Shown: positions 1 through 9,100 of the stretch, in pieces
How positions within the stretch are numbered: position 1 is the stretch's first letter
How the letters are laid out: every line of letters starts with the position of its first letter
Virus record (IMG/VR): IMGVR_UViG_2671180292_000001
Span: 54,495-118,494 of that record
Length of the DNA: 64,000 nucleotides
Direction: 5' to 3' (one strand)
From: a virus
Lineage: Duplodnaviria; Caudoviricetes
Made by a program: the position numbers and the translations under genes
The notes under the pieces: model-generated
Databases searched by the model: none
The model's input: only the letters and a program-made list of their open reading frames with translations
What the model was told of the DNA's origin: nothing

Positions 1-558
1 GGTGGGATCCACCGCATACGGCCCGTTCTGCCAGTTGCCGCCCTTCTCCGTCCGGGCAGTGATCTCGAACGTCGCACCGTCGTTCTCGATCGCGAACGAG
101 TTGAGGATCGCCGACTTCACCCAGGGAGCGAGGAAGTAGCCGTACAGGCGGTTGCCGGTCTCCGCGCAGCGCTGCGACGGGATGTCCGACCACACCTCCA
201 AGGCCACCCCGCCATCGCAGAGGATTTTCTGCCCGATTCGGTTACCGACGGGGTTGCCCGCGTAGTCGAGGACCGTCTGGTAGCCCGTCATTAGCGTGAA
301 CAGGTCAGGGTCGACCCCACAGAACGTGATCGTGAGGTTGATCCACTTCAACTCGTCGCACGCTTTGTCCGATATGCACAGTTCACCGGCTGCATTTTTC
401 ACCTCCACCTCGTCGCCTTCTGAAATTTCGGCGGAGTAGGCGACGGAGACGAAGCCCTTGGAGACGACCTGAGAGCACGGACCCTCGACCGGGGTGCCGC
501 ACTCGTCCAGCTTGGTGACCCGCATCACGCGGCCACGCACCGACTGCCAACAAGTCAA
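1..558 (-). CDS. Major tail (tube) protein, runs off the window edge
   Basis: Not in the ORF track. Manual translation MTCWQSVRGRVMRVTKLDECGTPVEGPCSQVVSKGFVSVAYSAEISEGDEVEVKNAAGELC... resembles actinophage major tail N-termini. GAGGAG RBS 8 nt before a TTG start. Confidence 0.75.
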   Translation of the reverse strand, partial: MTCWQSVRGRVMRVTKLDECGTPVEGPCSQVVSKGFVSVAYSAEISEGDEVEVKNAAGELCISDKACDELKWINLTITFCGVDPDLFTLMTGYQTVLDYAGNPVGNRIGQKILCDGGVALEVWSDIPSQRCAETGNRLYGYFLAPWVKSAILNSFAIENDGATFEITARTEKGGNWQNGPYAVDPT

Positions 559-586
559 GTCGGACACTCCTCGACGGAGAAGAGCG

Positions 587-608
587 CCCGGCCCTCGTAC
601 CAGCGGCT
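587..608 (-). promoter_or_regulatory. Late-gene leader motif copy 1 (GCCGCTGG-N5-GGGCCGGG), preceded by a TAATCT -10-like box
   Basis: The same motif lies upstream of the capsid (16319-16340) and portal (23563-23582) genes. Confidence 0.6.
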
Positions 609-751
609 AAATCAAGATTACCGCCACGCAGGGCAGCGTGCCGAGAGCACAAACGGCCTCATTCCTCTGTCCACCAGGGTCTTTCGCAGGGTGCCCCGGC
701 CTTCAGGCCGGGGGTGAATGCGACCCCTGCGGAGCAGGGCAAGGAAAGCCG

Positions 752-904
752 TTACGCCTCTTGGGCGGAACGGCGTTCAGCCTCTTCGACGGCACGCCGC
801 ACTACGGCGATCAACCAGGAGTTCAGGGAGCGGTCGTCGGCGGCGGCAGCGGCCTTGGCGCGCTCGTGCAGATCGTCGGGCAGTCTCAGGTTCACATGCT
901 TCAT
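752..904 (-). CDS. Arc/HicB-like ribbon-helix-helix DNA-binding protein (50 aa)
   Basis: Manual translation MKHVNLRLPDDLHERAKAAAAADDRSLNSWLIAVVRRAVEEAERRSAQEA, a typical RHH pattern, divergent from tnpB. Confidence 0.75.
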   Translation of the reverse strand: MKHVNLRLPDDLHERAKAAAAADDRSLNSWLIAVVRRAVEEAERRSAQEA

Positions 905-932
905 GGGATCATTGTGATGCTAAGATGGTCCC

Positions 933-2123
933 ATGTCGAGGTTTCGGATGTACCCCACGCCGCAGCAGGAGCAGCAGATGCTTCTGCACTGCGCGCACGC
1001 CCGGTACGTGTGGAACCTCGCTGTCGAACAGCAGTCGTTTTGGCGTCCGGGCCGCAGGTCCGCGCCAGGGTTCGCCGAGCAGTGCCGCCAGCTCACCGAG
1101 GCCCGCGCCGTGTTCGACTGGCTGCGCGCCGGGTCGGTGAACATCCAGCAGCAGGCGCTCAGGGACTTCGCCCAGGCGATGGCGAACTACTTCGCCGGGA
1201 CGCACAGGCGGCCGACCTGGCGCAAGGCGGGACGGCATGAGGGATTCCGTGTCGTCGGCAAGGATTACCGCGTACGCAAGGTATCCCGGAAGGTCGGCGA
1301 GGTCTGGGTGCCCAAAGCGGGATGGGTGCGGTTCCGCCTGTCACGCCCGCTTCCACCGGAAGCGAAGTCGTACCGGATCACCCGGGACCGTGCGGGCCGT
1401 TGGCACGTGGCGTTCGCCGTCGCGCCACACCCGATCCCCGCGCCGGGCACGGGCGAGATAGTCGGGGTGGACCGGGGTGTCGCCGTGTCGGTGGCGCTGT
1501 CCACCGGGGAACTGCTGACCGCGCCAGGCCTGCGCGAGACGGAGAAAGCACGGCTGCGCCGGTTGCAGCGGAAACTCGCCCGAGCTAAGCGAGGATCTAA
1601 CCGGCGGGCGCGGGTCAAGCTGGCCATCGCCCGGCTGAGGGCCCGTGAGAGCGATCGGCGCAAGGACTGGGTGGAGAAGACCTCCACCGACCTCGCGCGC
1701 CGGTTCGACATGATCGTCGTCGAGGACCTGAAGATCTCCAACATGATCCGCTCGGCGAAAGGCACCCTCGACGCGCCGGGCCGTAACGTCCGGCAGAAGT
1801 CTGGGCTCAACCGGAGCATCCTCGCCGCCGGGTGGGGACAGCTCGTAACCCGCCTGGAGCACAAGGCTCCGGGAAGGGTCGTGAAGGTCAATCCCGCGTA
1901 CACGAGCCAGCGTTGCTCGGCGTGCGGGATCGTGGACCGGGAAGCGCGCGAGAGCCAAGCACGTTACCGGTGCCGGTCCTGCGGATACGCCGCCAACGCT
2001 GATGTGAACGCGGCCAGGAACATCAGGGATACCGCCGCAGGGCATGCGGTGGCTGCGCGGGAAGGGCTTCGGGTTGCCGGGCCGATGCACCGCGAACCTC
2101 AGCCCGTCCTCCTCTCTGTGTAG
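933..2123 (+). CDS. tnpB: RNA-guided endonuclease TnpB
   Basis: FRMYPT N-terminus, RuvC motifs GVDRG / VVEDL / NADVNAARNI, Zn finger CSACG...CRSCG. Confidence 0.95.
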   Translation: MSRFRMYPTPQQEQQMLLHCAHARYVWNLAVEQQSFWRPGRRSAPGFAEQCRQLTEARAVFDWLRAGSVNIQQQALRDFAQAMANYFAGTHRRPTWRKAGRHEGFRVVGKDYRVRKVSRKVGEVWVPKAGWVRFRLSRPLPPEAKSYRITRDRAGRWHVAFAVAPHPIPAPGTGEIVGVDRGVAVSVALSTGELLTAPGLRETEKARLRRLQRKLARAKRGSNRRARVKLAIARLRARESDRRKDWVEKTSTDLARRFDMIVVEDLKISNMIRSAKGTLDAPGRNVRQKSGLNRSILAAGWGQLVTRLEHKAPGRVVKVNPAYTSQRCSACGIVDREARESQARYRCRSCGYAANADVNAARNIRDTAAGHAVAAREGLRVAGPMHREPQPVLLSV

Positions 2124-2288
2124 AGCGACGGGTTGGAATCCCCCGCCTTCAGGCGGGGGAGGATGTCAAGTCAGTATCACTGTGCCATCGCCGCTGGCAG
2201 GTTCGGCGAGTGTGATGTCACCGCTGCGGATCTCGTCCGGATCGCCGTCCTCGTTGCAGCTGCCGCTAGCGGCGGCGTGGCAAGCGAT

Positions 2289-2316
2289 GTCCTCCCCGGC
2301 GAGAACCGGGGAGGAC
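2289..2316 (-). terminator. Perfect 11-bp hairpin downstream of the micropeptide ORF
   Basis: gtcctccccgg-cgagaa-ccggggaggac. Confidence 0.6.
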
Positions 2317-2324
2317 CACCCTGG

Positions 2325-2384
2325 TTAGAGGATGTTCACGAAGATCAGGATGTTGTTCAGCACGTCATTCAGCACGTTGATCAT
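2325..2384 (-). CDS. 19-aa hydrophobic micropeptide MINVLNDVLNNILIFVNIL
   Basis: GGGAGG RBS 5 nt before ATG, GC3-biased codons, TAA stop, followed by a hairpin. Confidence 0.6.
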   Translation of the reverse strand: MINVLNDVLNNILIFVNIL

Positions 2385-2438
2385 CTTGTCCTCCCTTCCC
2401 TAGTGGACCACTCTCCGAGGGCACACCTCGGAGAAGAC

Positions 2439-2744
2439 TTACGGCTCCACTGCGATGCAGTGCACCGTCACCCCCGAGGCCGCGGTTCCGACAGCGAGGA
2501 CACCCAGCCCAAGCACCGTTACAGAGGCTGATTGCTGCACGTTGATCGTCGTCGAGTTGGCGGTGTTCGCCGCGATCCGTGCGGAGCGGAATCCGGCCCC
2601 GGCCTCGACCGCCAACGTGACGACCGGCGGCCCAGTGAACGCCCCTGCGGGCCAGTTGAACGTCACGTCCCCTGAGCCATTAGTGACGCCGCGGGCCCGC
2701 TCCGCTCGGGGGGCGGGCCGGGTGTACTCGCCTCCGGTGGGCAC
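2439..2744 (-). CDS. Small beta-rich virion/fibre-associated protein
   Basis: 101-aa ORF in the structural operon, containing VTFNWPAGAFTGPPVVT. Confidence 0.55.
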   Translation of the reverse strand: MPTGGEYTRPAPRAERARGVTNGSGDVTFNWPAGAFTGPPVVTLAVEAGAGFRSARIAANTANSTTINVQQSASVTVLGLGVLAVGTAASGVTVHCIAVEP

Positions 2745-2747
2745 CGG

Positions 2748-3236
2748 TTAGACCTCGCGCGTGGACAGAATCATGAAGTCGGCCCCGGCCGCACCGGTGA
2801 ACACGAACTCGTCCTGGAGGGATTCGCCGGCCTGGCCGCCCTTGTCCACGCTCCAGGTCGCCGTCGCCCCTGCGGGGAGCACGACTGCTGGGCCGCCGCC
2901 GATGCTCACGGTGGGCGCCCCGGCGAACACCATGAACGTCACCGACCGGGCCCCGGACGGGATCGTCACCGTGCCAGCGCCGGTCTGCCGCTGCGCCGTG
3001 GATGCGATCTCCGGGTCCGGGTTGGTCTGCTCGGCGCACACGCCCACGGTGCCGGTCGCCGTGTACTCGGTGACGCCGTCCACCTCGTAGTCCGCCGGGG
3101 TGACCGTGCCCGCGCTGTCGGACTGGTAGCGCCGCAAGAACGGTGTCACAGTGCCGTCAGCAGCCACGTCACAGAGGATCGTGAACTCGACGTCAGGTGC
3201 CGCAGTGCCAGAGATGCTGCCGTTGGTGCCGGACAA
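2748..3236 (-). CDS. Cys-module family protein (one module plus C-terminal beta domain)
   Basis: ILCDVAADGTVTPFLRRY...DG..Y...GTVGVC module shared with neighbouring genes. Confidence 0.7.
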   Translation of the reverse strand: MSGTNGSISGTAAPDVEFTILCDVAADGTVTPFLRRYQSDSAGTVTPADYEVDGVTEYTATGTVGVCAEQTNPDPEIASTAQRQTGAGTVTIPSGARSVTFMVFAGAPTVSIGGGPAVVLPAGATATWSVDKGGQAGESLQDEFVFTGAAGADFMILSTREV

Positions 3237-3337
3237 TGCTCCTCCTCAGGGATCTTCGCTGCCAGTGTTTTCGGGGCGATCGGCGGTCCTACGCGATCCG
3301 CCGGTATCGGATGTTGGTGCCGTAACCGTGTTCGGCG

Positions 3338-4429
3338 CTAGGGCCGGTAGGTCCAGACCAGGAGGTACTCAGACGCGGCGTCCGCCCCCTGGAAGGAAGC
3401 GCCCGCCAGGGTGCCGTCGTCGTCCCCGACGATCGACCATGTAAGCGACGTCCCCGACGGGACCGGCACGGCCGCGCCATCTGTCATGGTCACCAGGACG
3501 CTGCCGGACAGGACGGTCAGGGTGACGCTCTGCAGGCCGGGGAACGCCGCTACCAGGTCCTGGGCGGACGTGCCGGTCACGCGACGTACCCCGGTGTTCA
3601 GCGGGCTGGGCGCCGGCGGGGTGCAGTCTCCACAGACGCCGACGGTGCCAGTCGAGGTGTAGGGCGTGCCGTCGATGGCGTAGTCCGAATAGCCGATGAT
3701 CTGGCCGTTCAGGTCGCGCCGGTAGTCCCTGACGAACGGTGTGATCGTGCCATCGCCGGCGGTGTCGCACAGGGGGGTCAGGTCTTGTTCGGGCTGCTCC
3801 ACCCCGGTCGGGCACATCGTGATGAACCCGGTCGGGGTGTAGGTGTCCCCGGTGACCGCGTCGACCAGGCGCACGCTGCTGATGGTGCCGTCCGCGGCGT
3901 AGGAGTATTCGATCAGCACGAGGCCGAGGACCTCGCCTGTCGCCGCATTCAGGTCACAAAACGTCCCGGACACCTGGATCGAACGGGAGTCGCCGCAGGC
4001 GATCACACCGGTCGGTGGGGCACCAGCTGAGAACGCTCCCGTCGTGAGGTTGATCCACCCGGTCTGCGCCACCACCCCAGCGCAGTCCCGCACCACGGTG
4101 ACCGCTATCGGCGTCCCATCCGGCAAACAAAGACCCAGCGTGGCCACCGGCTCGGTCGGCTGCTCGCAATCCGACACGGTACCGCCGCCGCCCGACGCGC
4201 ACGGGCCGAGCGTGCCCTGCGGCACATAATCGGCCCCGGTCGCCGGGTCCACCACCCGTGTGCCGACCCGCTGCCCGGTACTGGCGTCGTAAACCGGCTC
4301 CACTAGTACCGTCGCCGCCGTACTACCGTCGGGCAGGACGTCGCACAGGACGATCGCCTCCACGTCCAGCCTCGGCGTCGCGTTCGCGCCGGTGACGATG
4401 ACCGGGCCCTGCCCGCAACAACCACTCAC
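3338..4429 (-). CDS. Cys-module repeat protein, paralogue of the N-terminal part of the 1844-aa protein
   Basis: Shares GLCLxDGTPIAV..RDC, FCD...TG.VLGLVL.EY.Y and PEQDL..LCDTAGDG blocks with 6200-11734. Confidence 0.75.
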   Translation of the reverse strand: MSGCCGQGPVIVTGANATPRLDVEAIVLCDVLPDGSTAATVLVEPVYDASTGQRVGTRVVDPATGADYVPQGTLGPCASGGGGTVSDCEQPTEPVATLGLCLPDGTPIAVTVVRDCAGVVAQTGWINLTTGAFSAGAPPTGVIACGDSRSIQVSGTFCDLNAATGEVLGLVLIEYSYAADGTISSVRLVDAVTGDTYTPTGFITMCPTGVEQPEQDLTPLCDTAGDGTITPFVRDYRRDLNGQIIGYSDYAIDGTPYTSTGTVGVCGDCTPPAPSPLNTGVRRVTGTSAQDLVAAFPGLQSVTLTVLSGSVLVTMTDGAAVPVPSGTSLTWSIVGDDDGTLAGASFQGADAASEYLLVWTYRP

Positions 4430-4511
4430 CGAAACCTCCGGAGGAAGCCCGACCCTTCAGAGCCGGGAGGAATCTGGACCCCGCAAGGGGTGGAAGAGGA
4501 GCCCATGCCGG

Positions 4512-6191
4512 TCAGCAGGGGTCAGGCTCGTAGGTGACGTAGCAGGTGTAGTCGCACATGGACACGCCGGTCGGGGGGCCCGCCGGAAGCGCCGTCACCT
4601 GCACCGGCGTCGGGTTGGTGGCCGCGGCGCCGCCGTTGCCCATCTGCCCTGACCCGCCGTACCCCCAGGTGTAGATACGCCCGTCTTCCAGCATCGCGAT
4701 CATCGAGTCGTAGCCGATGTCCGCATCGGCCACCGGCCCCGGCAGCGGCACCTGCACCGCGCACGGGGTCGTGCCGCCGGAGGTGCCCTGGCCGGTGTTG
4801 CCGAAAACGTCGCTGCCCCACACCCACATGTCGCCGGATGGGGTCACGAACCCGCCGGAAGGGAACCCGGCCAGCGCGGTCGCCGCTGTCACACCTGGCG
4901 GCATCGGGATCTGCGACGGGACCTGCTGCGTCGCGGTGTCCGGGTTGCAGTCGCCCAACTGCTGCCAGTTGTCGATGCCCCACGTCCACACCTGGCCGCC
5001 GTCATCAACCGCCACGTTGTGGTATCGCCCGGCTGCGATGGACGTGATCACCGTCCCGGCTGGGAACGGCGTCTGAACGGGGGTCAGTTTGTTGCTGCTG
5101 GTCGTGGTGCCGGACGCCTGCCCGTATCCGTCATAGCCCCAGCCCCACACCTCGCCATCCTCCGTCAGGACGATCATGTGGTCGAGGCCGCACGCGATCT
5201 GTGTCACCGACGCTGGCAGCGTCACCGCCGCCCACGTCGTCCGGTCCGAGGTGCCGCCGGTGCCGAGCTGCCCCAGCCCGCCCTCGCCCGTCGTATACAC
5301 CTGGCCATCGCTGCCCAAGAAAGCCCCGGTGTACTGCATCGCGTCCACCGCGATGGCGGTCACCCCCGGCGGCATCGTCGACGGAACCGGGGTGCTGGAC
5401 CAGTTGGTCGTGCCGTCGCCGAACCCGCCGGACCCGTTGTACCCCCACGCCCACACCCGGCCTTCGGTGTCGATCGCCAGGCTCAGCGCCTCCGCACCAC
5501 CCCCGATCGTCACCAGCTGGGTGTCTCCGGTCGCCTGCGGCACGGGCGTGAGCCGGTTGGTGGACGCCCCGTCACCGACCCGCCCCCACGCCCCATACCC
5601 CCACGCGTACGCAGGCGCGGCCTCCGCCCGGGTGGTGTACGGGTCGGACGTGTACGACCCCGCAGGGTCCGCGCAGCCGTTCACCGCGACGGGCCACACC
5701 GTCGCCGTCACCGTCTCGCACGGCGACAGCGGCTCCGCCACCACCACCCGGTAGGTGGCCCCCGCCACGTGCGACAGCGACGCCGGCTGGCCGCCCACCG
5801 CGACGAGCGTGTCGACCGGCGACACCGGCTGGCCGAACGTGACAGTAAGCGGTGTGGTCCGGCGCACTGTGGTTTCCGAGGCTGGCGGGTCATACACCGG
5901 CGTCCACTCCGGTTCCAGCGCCCCGGCGGGCACACCCGCGCACGGGTCAGGCGCCGGGGAAGGCGCCGAGGTGGAGCAGTCCGCGATGATCGTCCCTACC
6001 GGGGTGTAAGGGGTGCGGCCGTCGAGCTGGTAGTCCACCGCCGTGGTGGTCTGCTGCCCGTCCCGGTCGACCAGGTAGCGGCGCAGAAACGACACCGACG
6101 AGACGACCTCACCGCTGGCGTCCACGGTCTGGTCGCAGAGCTTCTCCTGGACCAGGTGGGCGCCGGCCCCGATGGCTCCGTGCGTTGACAT
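4512..6191 (-). CDS. RCC1-repeat beta-propeller protein with an N-terminal Cys module and an Ig-like segment
   Basis: About seven repeats of G.VW.WG.N..GQLG.G....P..V. Start moved to MSTHGAIG after a GGAGG RBS. Confidence 0.85.
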   Translation of the reverse strand: MSTHGAIGAGAHLVQEKLCDQTVDASGEVVSSVSFLRRYLVDRDGQQTTTAVDYQLDGRTPYTPVGTIIADCSTSAPSPAPDPCAGVPAGALEPEWTPVYDPPASETTVRRTTPLTVTFGQPVSPVDTLVAVGGQPASLSHVAGATYRVVVAEPLSPCETVTATVWPVAVNGCADPAGSYTSDPYTTRAEAAPAYAWGYGAWGRVGDGASTNRLTPVPQATGDTQLVTIGGGAEALSLAIDTEGRVWAWGYNGSGGFGDGTTNWSSTPVPSTMPPGVTAIAVDAMQYTGAFLGSDGQVYTTGEGGLGQLGTGGTSDRTTWAAVTLPASVTQIACGLDHMIVLTEDGEVWGWGYDGYGQASGTTTSSNKLTPVQTPFPAGTVITSIAAGRYHNVAVDDGGQVWTWGIDNWQQLGDCNPDTATQQVPSQIPMPPGVTAATALAGFPSGGFVTPSGDMWVWGSDVFGNTGQGTSGGTTPCAVQVPLPGPVADADIGYDSMIAMLEDGRIYTWGYGGSGQMGNGGAAATNPTPVQVTALPAGPPTGVSMCDYTCYVTYEPDPC

Positions 6192-6199
6192 CGATCCTC

Positions 6200-9100
6200 C
6201 TAGCTGGCCGTGATGCGGGTGTAGGCGACGGTGACGGTGCCCGGACCCGCCTCGGTCATGAAAGTCCCGGTGAGGGCCGCATCCTCGTCCCGGACGACGG
6301 ACCACGTCACCGACTCCCCCGCGTACAGCGTTGATGTGCCATCCGCGGTGGTTATCAGGGCGGTACCGCCGTGCGCAGTGACGGTGACCGACTGCACAAG
6401 GACATGGGCCGACAGGTCCCACGTCTGCCCGGGGGCGAGTTCCACCCGGTGGGCCTGCACCCCGCGCGCTGAGGGTGCGCCCCCGACCGGGCACTCCACA
6501 GGCGCGACGGGCTCGTACGGGCCAGTCAGGTCCGGCAGGTAGGTGCCCAGACTGGCCAGCTCACCAGAGCAGGAATCCACGGCGATTAGTTCGACGTAGT
6601 CGACATCGCCGATCCCGTCGCCATCTGTGTCGTCGCAGCGGCACGCCTCGATGACGTGCTGCGCCGTGCACTCGGGAGCCTCACCCTCCGCGGTGGCGCA
6701 TTGGCCGGGCTCTCCGGTGACGGTGTAGGGGGTGGTGCCGTCCAGAGCGGTGTCGGCCGAGGCGATGACCTCCCCGGCCGTGTTGTACCGCAGGTGCCGC
6801 AGGAACGGCGTGGTGCCGTCCTCCGTGACGTCGCAGAGCGCCAGGAGCTCCACGTCCGGACCGGGCTCCGGGTCCGGGCACGTGGTGATGCTCGCCCCGC
6901 CCGGGACCGGTACGGGCCCCCACGTGAGCGGGTCCACGTAGTCGACGGACAGCCGCTCCCCGGTGGCGGTGTCGTAGGTGACCTCGGCGAGGATGCGCGC
7001 GAGGACGCTGCCCGTGGTGTTGTCGACCACGCACATGGAGACCAGCTCGACGTCCCGGCCCTCGGCTGGGTCCGGCTGGCACCGGCCGACGGTCCCGGTC
7101 GGCACGTAGGGCGTGGCACCGTCCAACGCAGTGTCGATGACCCCTGCGACCTGTCCGGCGCTGCCGTAGGAGAAGTGCCGCAGGAACGGGACGCTCGGCC
7201 CGTCCTCGGGGGTGTCGCACAGGACGACGGGCTCGACGTCGAGGCCCCGGCCGCCGCCCGCGCTGCAACCGGTGCCGCACGGCACCTGCTGGCCCTCCGG
7301 GGCGTCCGTGGCCACGCCGTCCGCGTCCAGCCACGACACGCTTACCGTGCCGTCGCACCCCTGGCTGTAGACCTTCGTGACCTGCGTCTCCTGGCAGGAC
7401 TGCGCGGGGGTGAGCGTCCACTCCCGGCCGTCGACGTCCTCCACCACCATCGGCCCGTAGACGGTCTGTGTGCCGCCGGTCGAGCCGACGAACCACGCGC
7501 AGCCCGGCTGATTCTGCGCGGACCAGGTCGCCCCGGACGGGTCGAGGTTGGTGAGCGCGAGCGCCCAGTTGTGGTGCATCCCGAGATTGCCCGGGGTGCC
7601 CTCGCCGCAGGGGCCGCCGGCGAACGACCGCCCGCCGTCCCCAATGACCTCCTCCCCGTTCACGATCCAACTCGTGATGGTGAGTCCGCCCGTGGTCGGC
7701 TGGCACGGGAACTGCCCGCCCGGGCCCTGGATACCGCCGCACTGGCCCGGCACGCCGCCAATCAACGAGGTGTTGTCGTAGCTCGCCTCGGAGCGCTCCA
7801 CGATGCCCACGCACTCCGTGGAGAACGCGACCGGGCACGCGAGCTCCTGGCAGAGGACCAGTTCCGCGCCGGCCGGGAGCTCCACCTCGTCCCCGGTCGT
7901 CGGGTCGGTCAGCCGCTGCACCACCCGGTCGCCCGTCTGGTCGTCGTAGACGCGCTCCACCAGCACCTGGCCGAGGATTTCGCCGTCGGCGTCCTGGATG
8001 CACAGGACGTCCGGCTCGACGTCCACGCGATGTTCCGGCGGCGGGGGCGGGCAGCACTCCCCGCCTCCCGCAGCCTGGCACTGGCCGACCTGCCCGGTCA
8101 CCTCGTACGGGGCGCCGTCCAGGGTGGTGTCGCTGACCTGGACGACCTCGCCGGTGGCGCAGTCGACGGTGAGCGTGCGCAGAATCTGGGTGGCGCACCC
8201 GGCGACGTCGTAGGCGTAGCTGATGTTAAAGGCGTCGGCGGTCCAGGACTTGCGTGTGACGCCGTGGCCGGTCTCCAGATCGAGGTGCACGCCGATCTGC
8301 CCGGCTGCGAGCTGGACGGCGGGGACGCTCGCTGTCACCGTCAGGACGCCGTCCCAGCCCGCAGGCACATCAGTCGGCACGCTGCGGTTGCCCAGCATCT
8401 GGCGGCCGGCGTCGAACAGCCTGAGCGCGCCGGAGTACCCGACTCCGGCGTCCGGCCCGAGCTGGGTGACATGCACCGACACGGTGACGGTGGCGGTGCC
8501 GTCGTCGCAGGCAGGCCGATCGGCCTGCACGCTCGCCTCGACCGTGCGGTAGGTCTGCTCAATGTTCCCCGTGCCGGGCTCGGCCGGGAAGGCCAGGCTC
8601 CCGCCGGACCACAGGGCGGCGCCGCCGCCCGCAAGTGCGCGGTAGGTGCCGGTGCCGCCGATCGGCGGGAACATGCCGCCGGGCGGGGCGGGCAGGTCGG
8701 TGACAGTGGGCTCGCCAGCAGCGCCGTCGGTGGGGATGTCGCACAGCAGGACCGTGGTGGAGTTACGGCACGGCTCTGCCGGGCAGCACTGGCCGCCTGC
8801 GGTGGTGCAGGCGCCGATCTGTCCCACGGGGTTGTACGGCTGCCCGTCCGAGGTGGTGTAGGTGACAGAGGTGACCTCGCCGCTCTGGCAGTCGGTGACC
8901 ACGGTGGCCAGGACCTGCTGGGCGCAGCCGTCCTGGTCGTAGGCGACGGTGACGGTGGCCTCGTCGAGCACCCAGCCGCCGACGCGGGCGCCGCCGGGGC
9001 CGCTGCCGGGGCAGGCGGCCAGCGCGAGCTGGTAGGTCTCCATCAGGCCGAACAGGCGGACGGTCCCGGCGGCGAGGTCGGCGGCGGGCACCTGCCCGGT

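Larger units (their letters stand above)
663..2169 (+). mobile_element. Non-autonomous IS200/IS605-family element (TnpB plus divergent RHH gene, no TnpA)
   Basis: Left hairpin ccccggccttcaggccgggg (~694-713). Right end ggaatcccccgccttcaggcgggggaggatgTCAA ends at 2169. Left boundary approximate. Confidence 0.8.
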
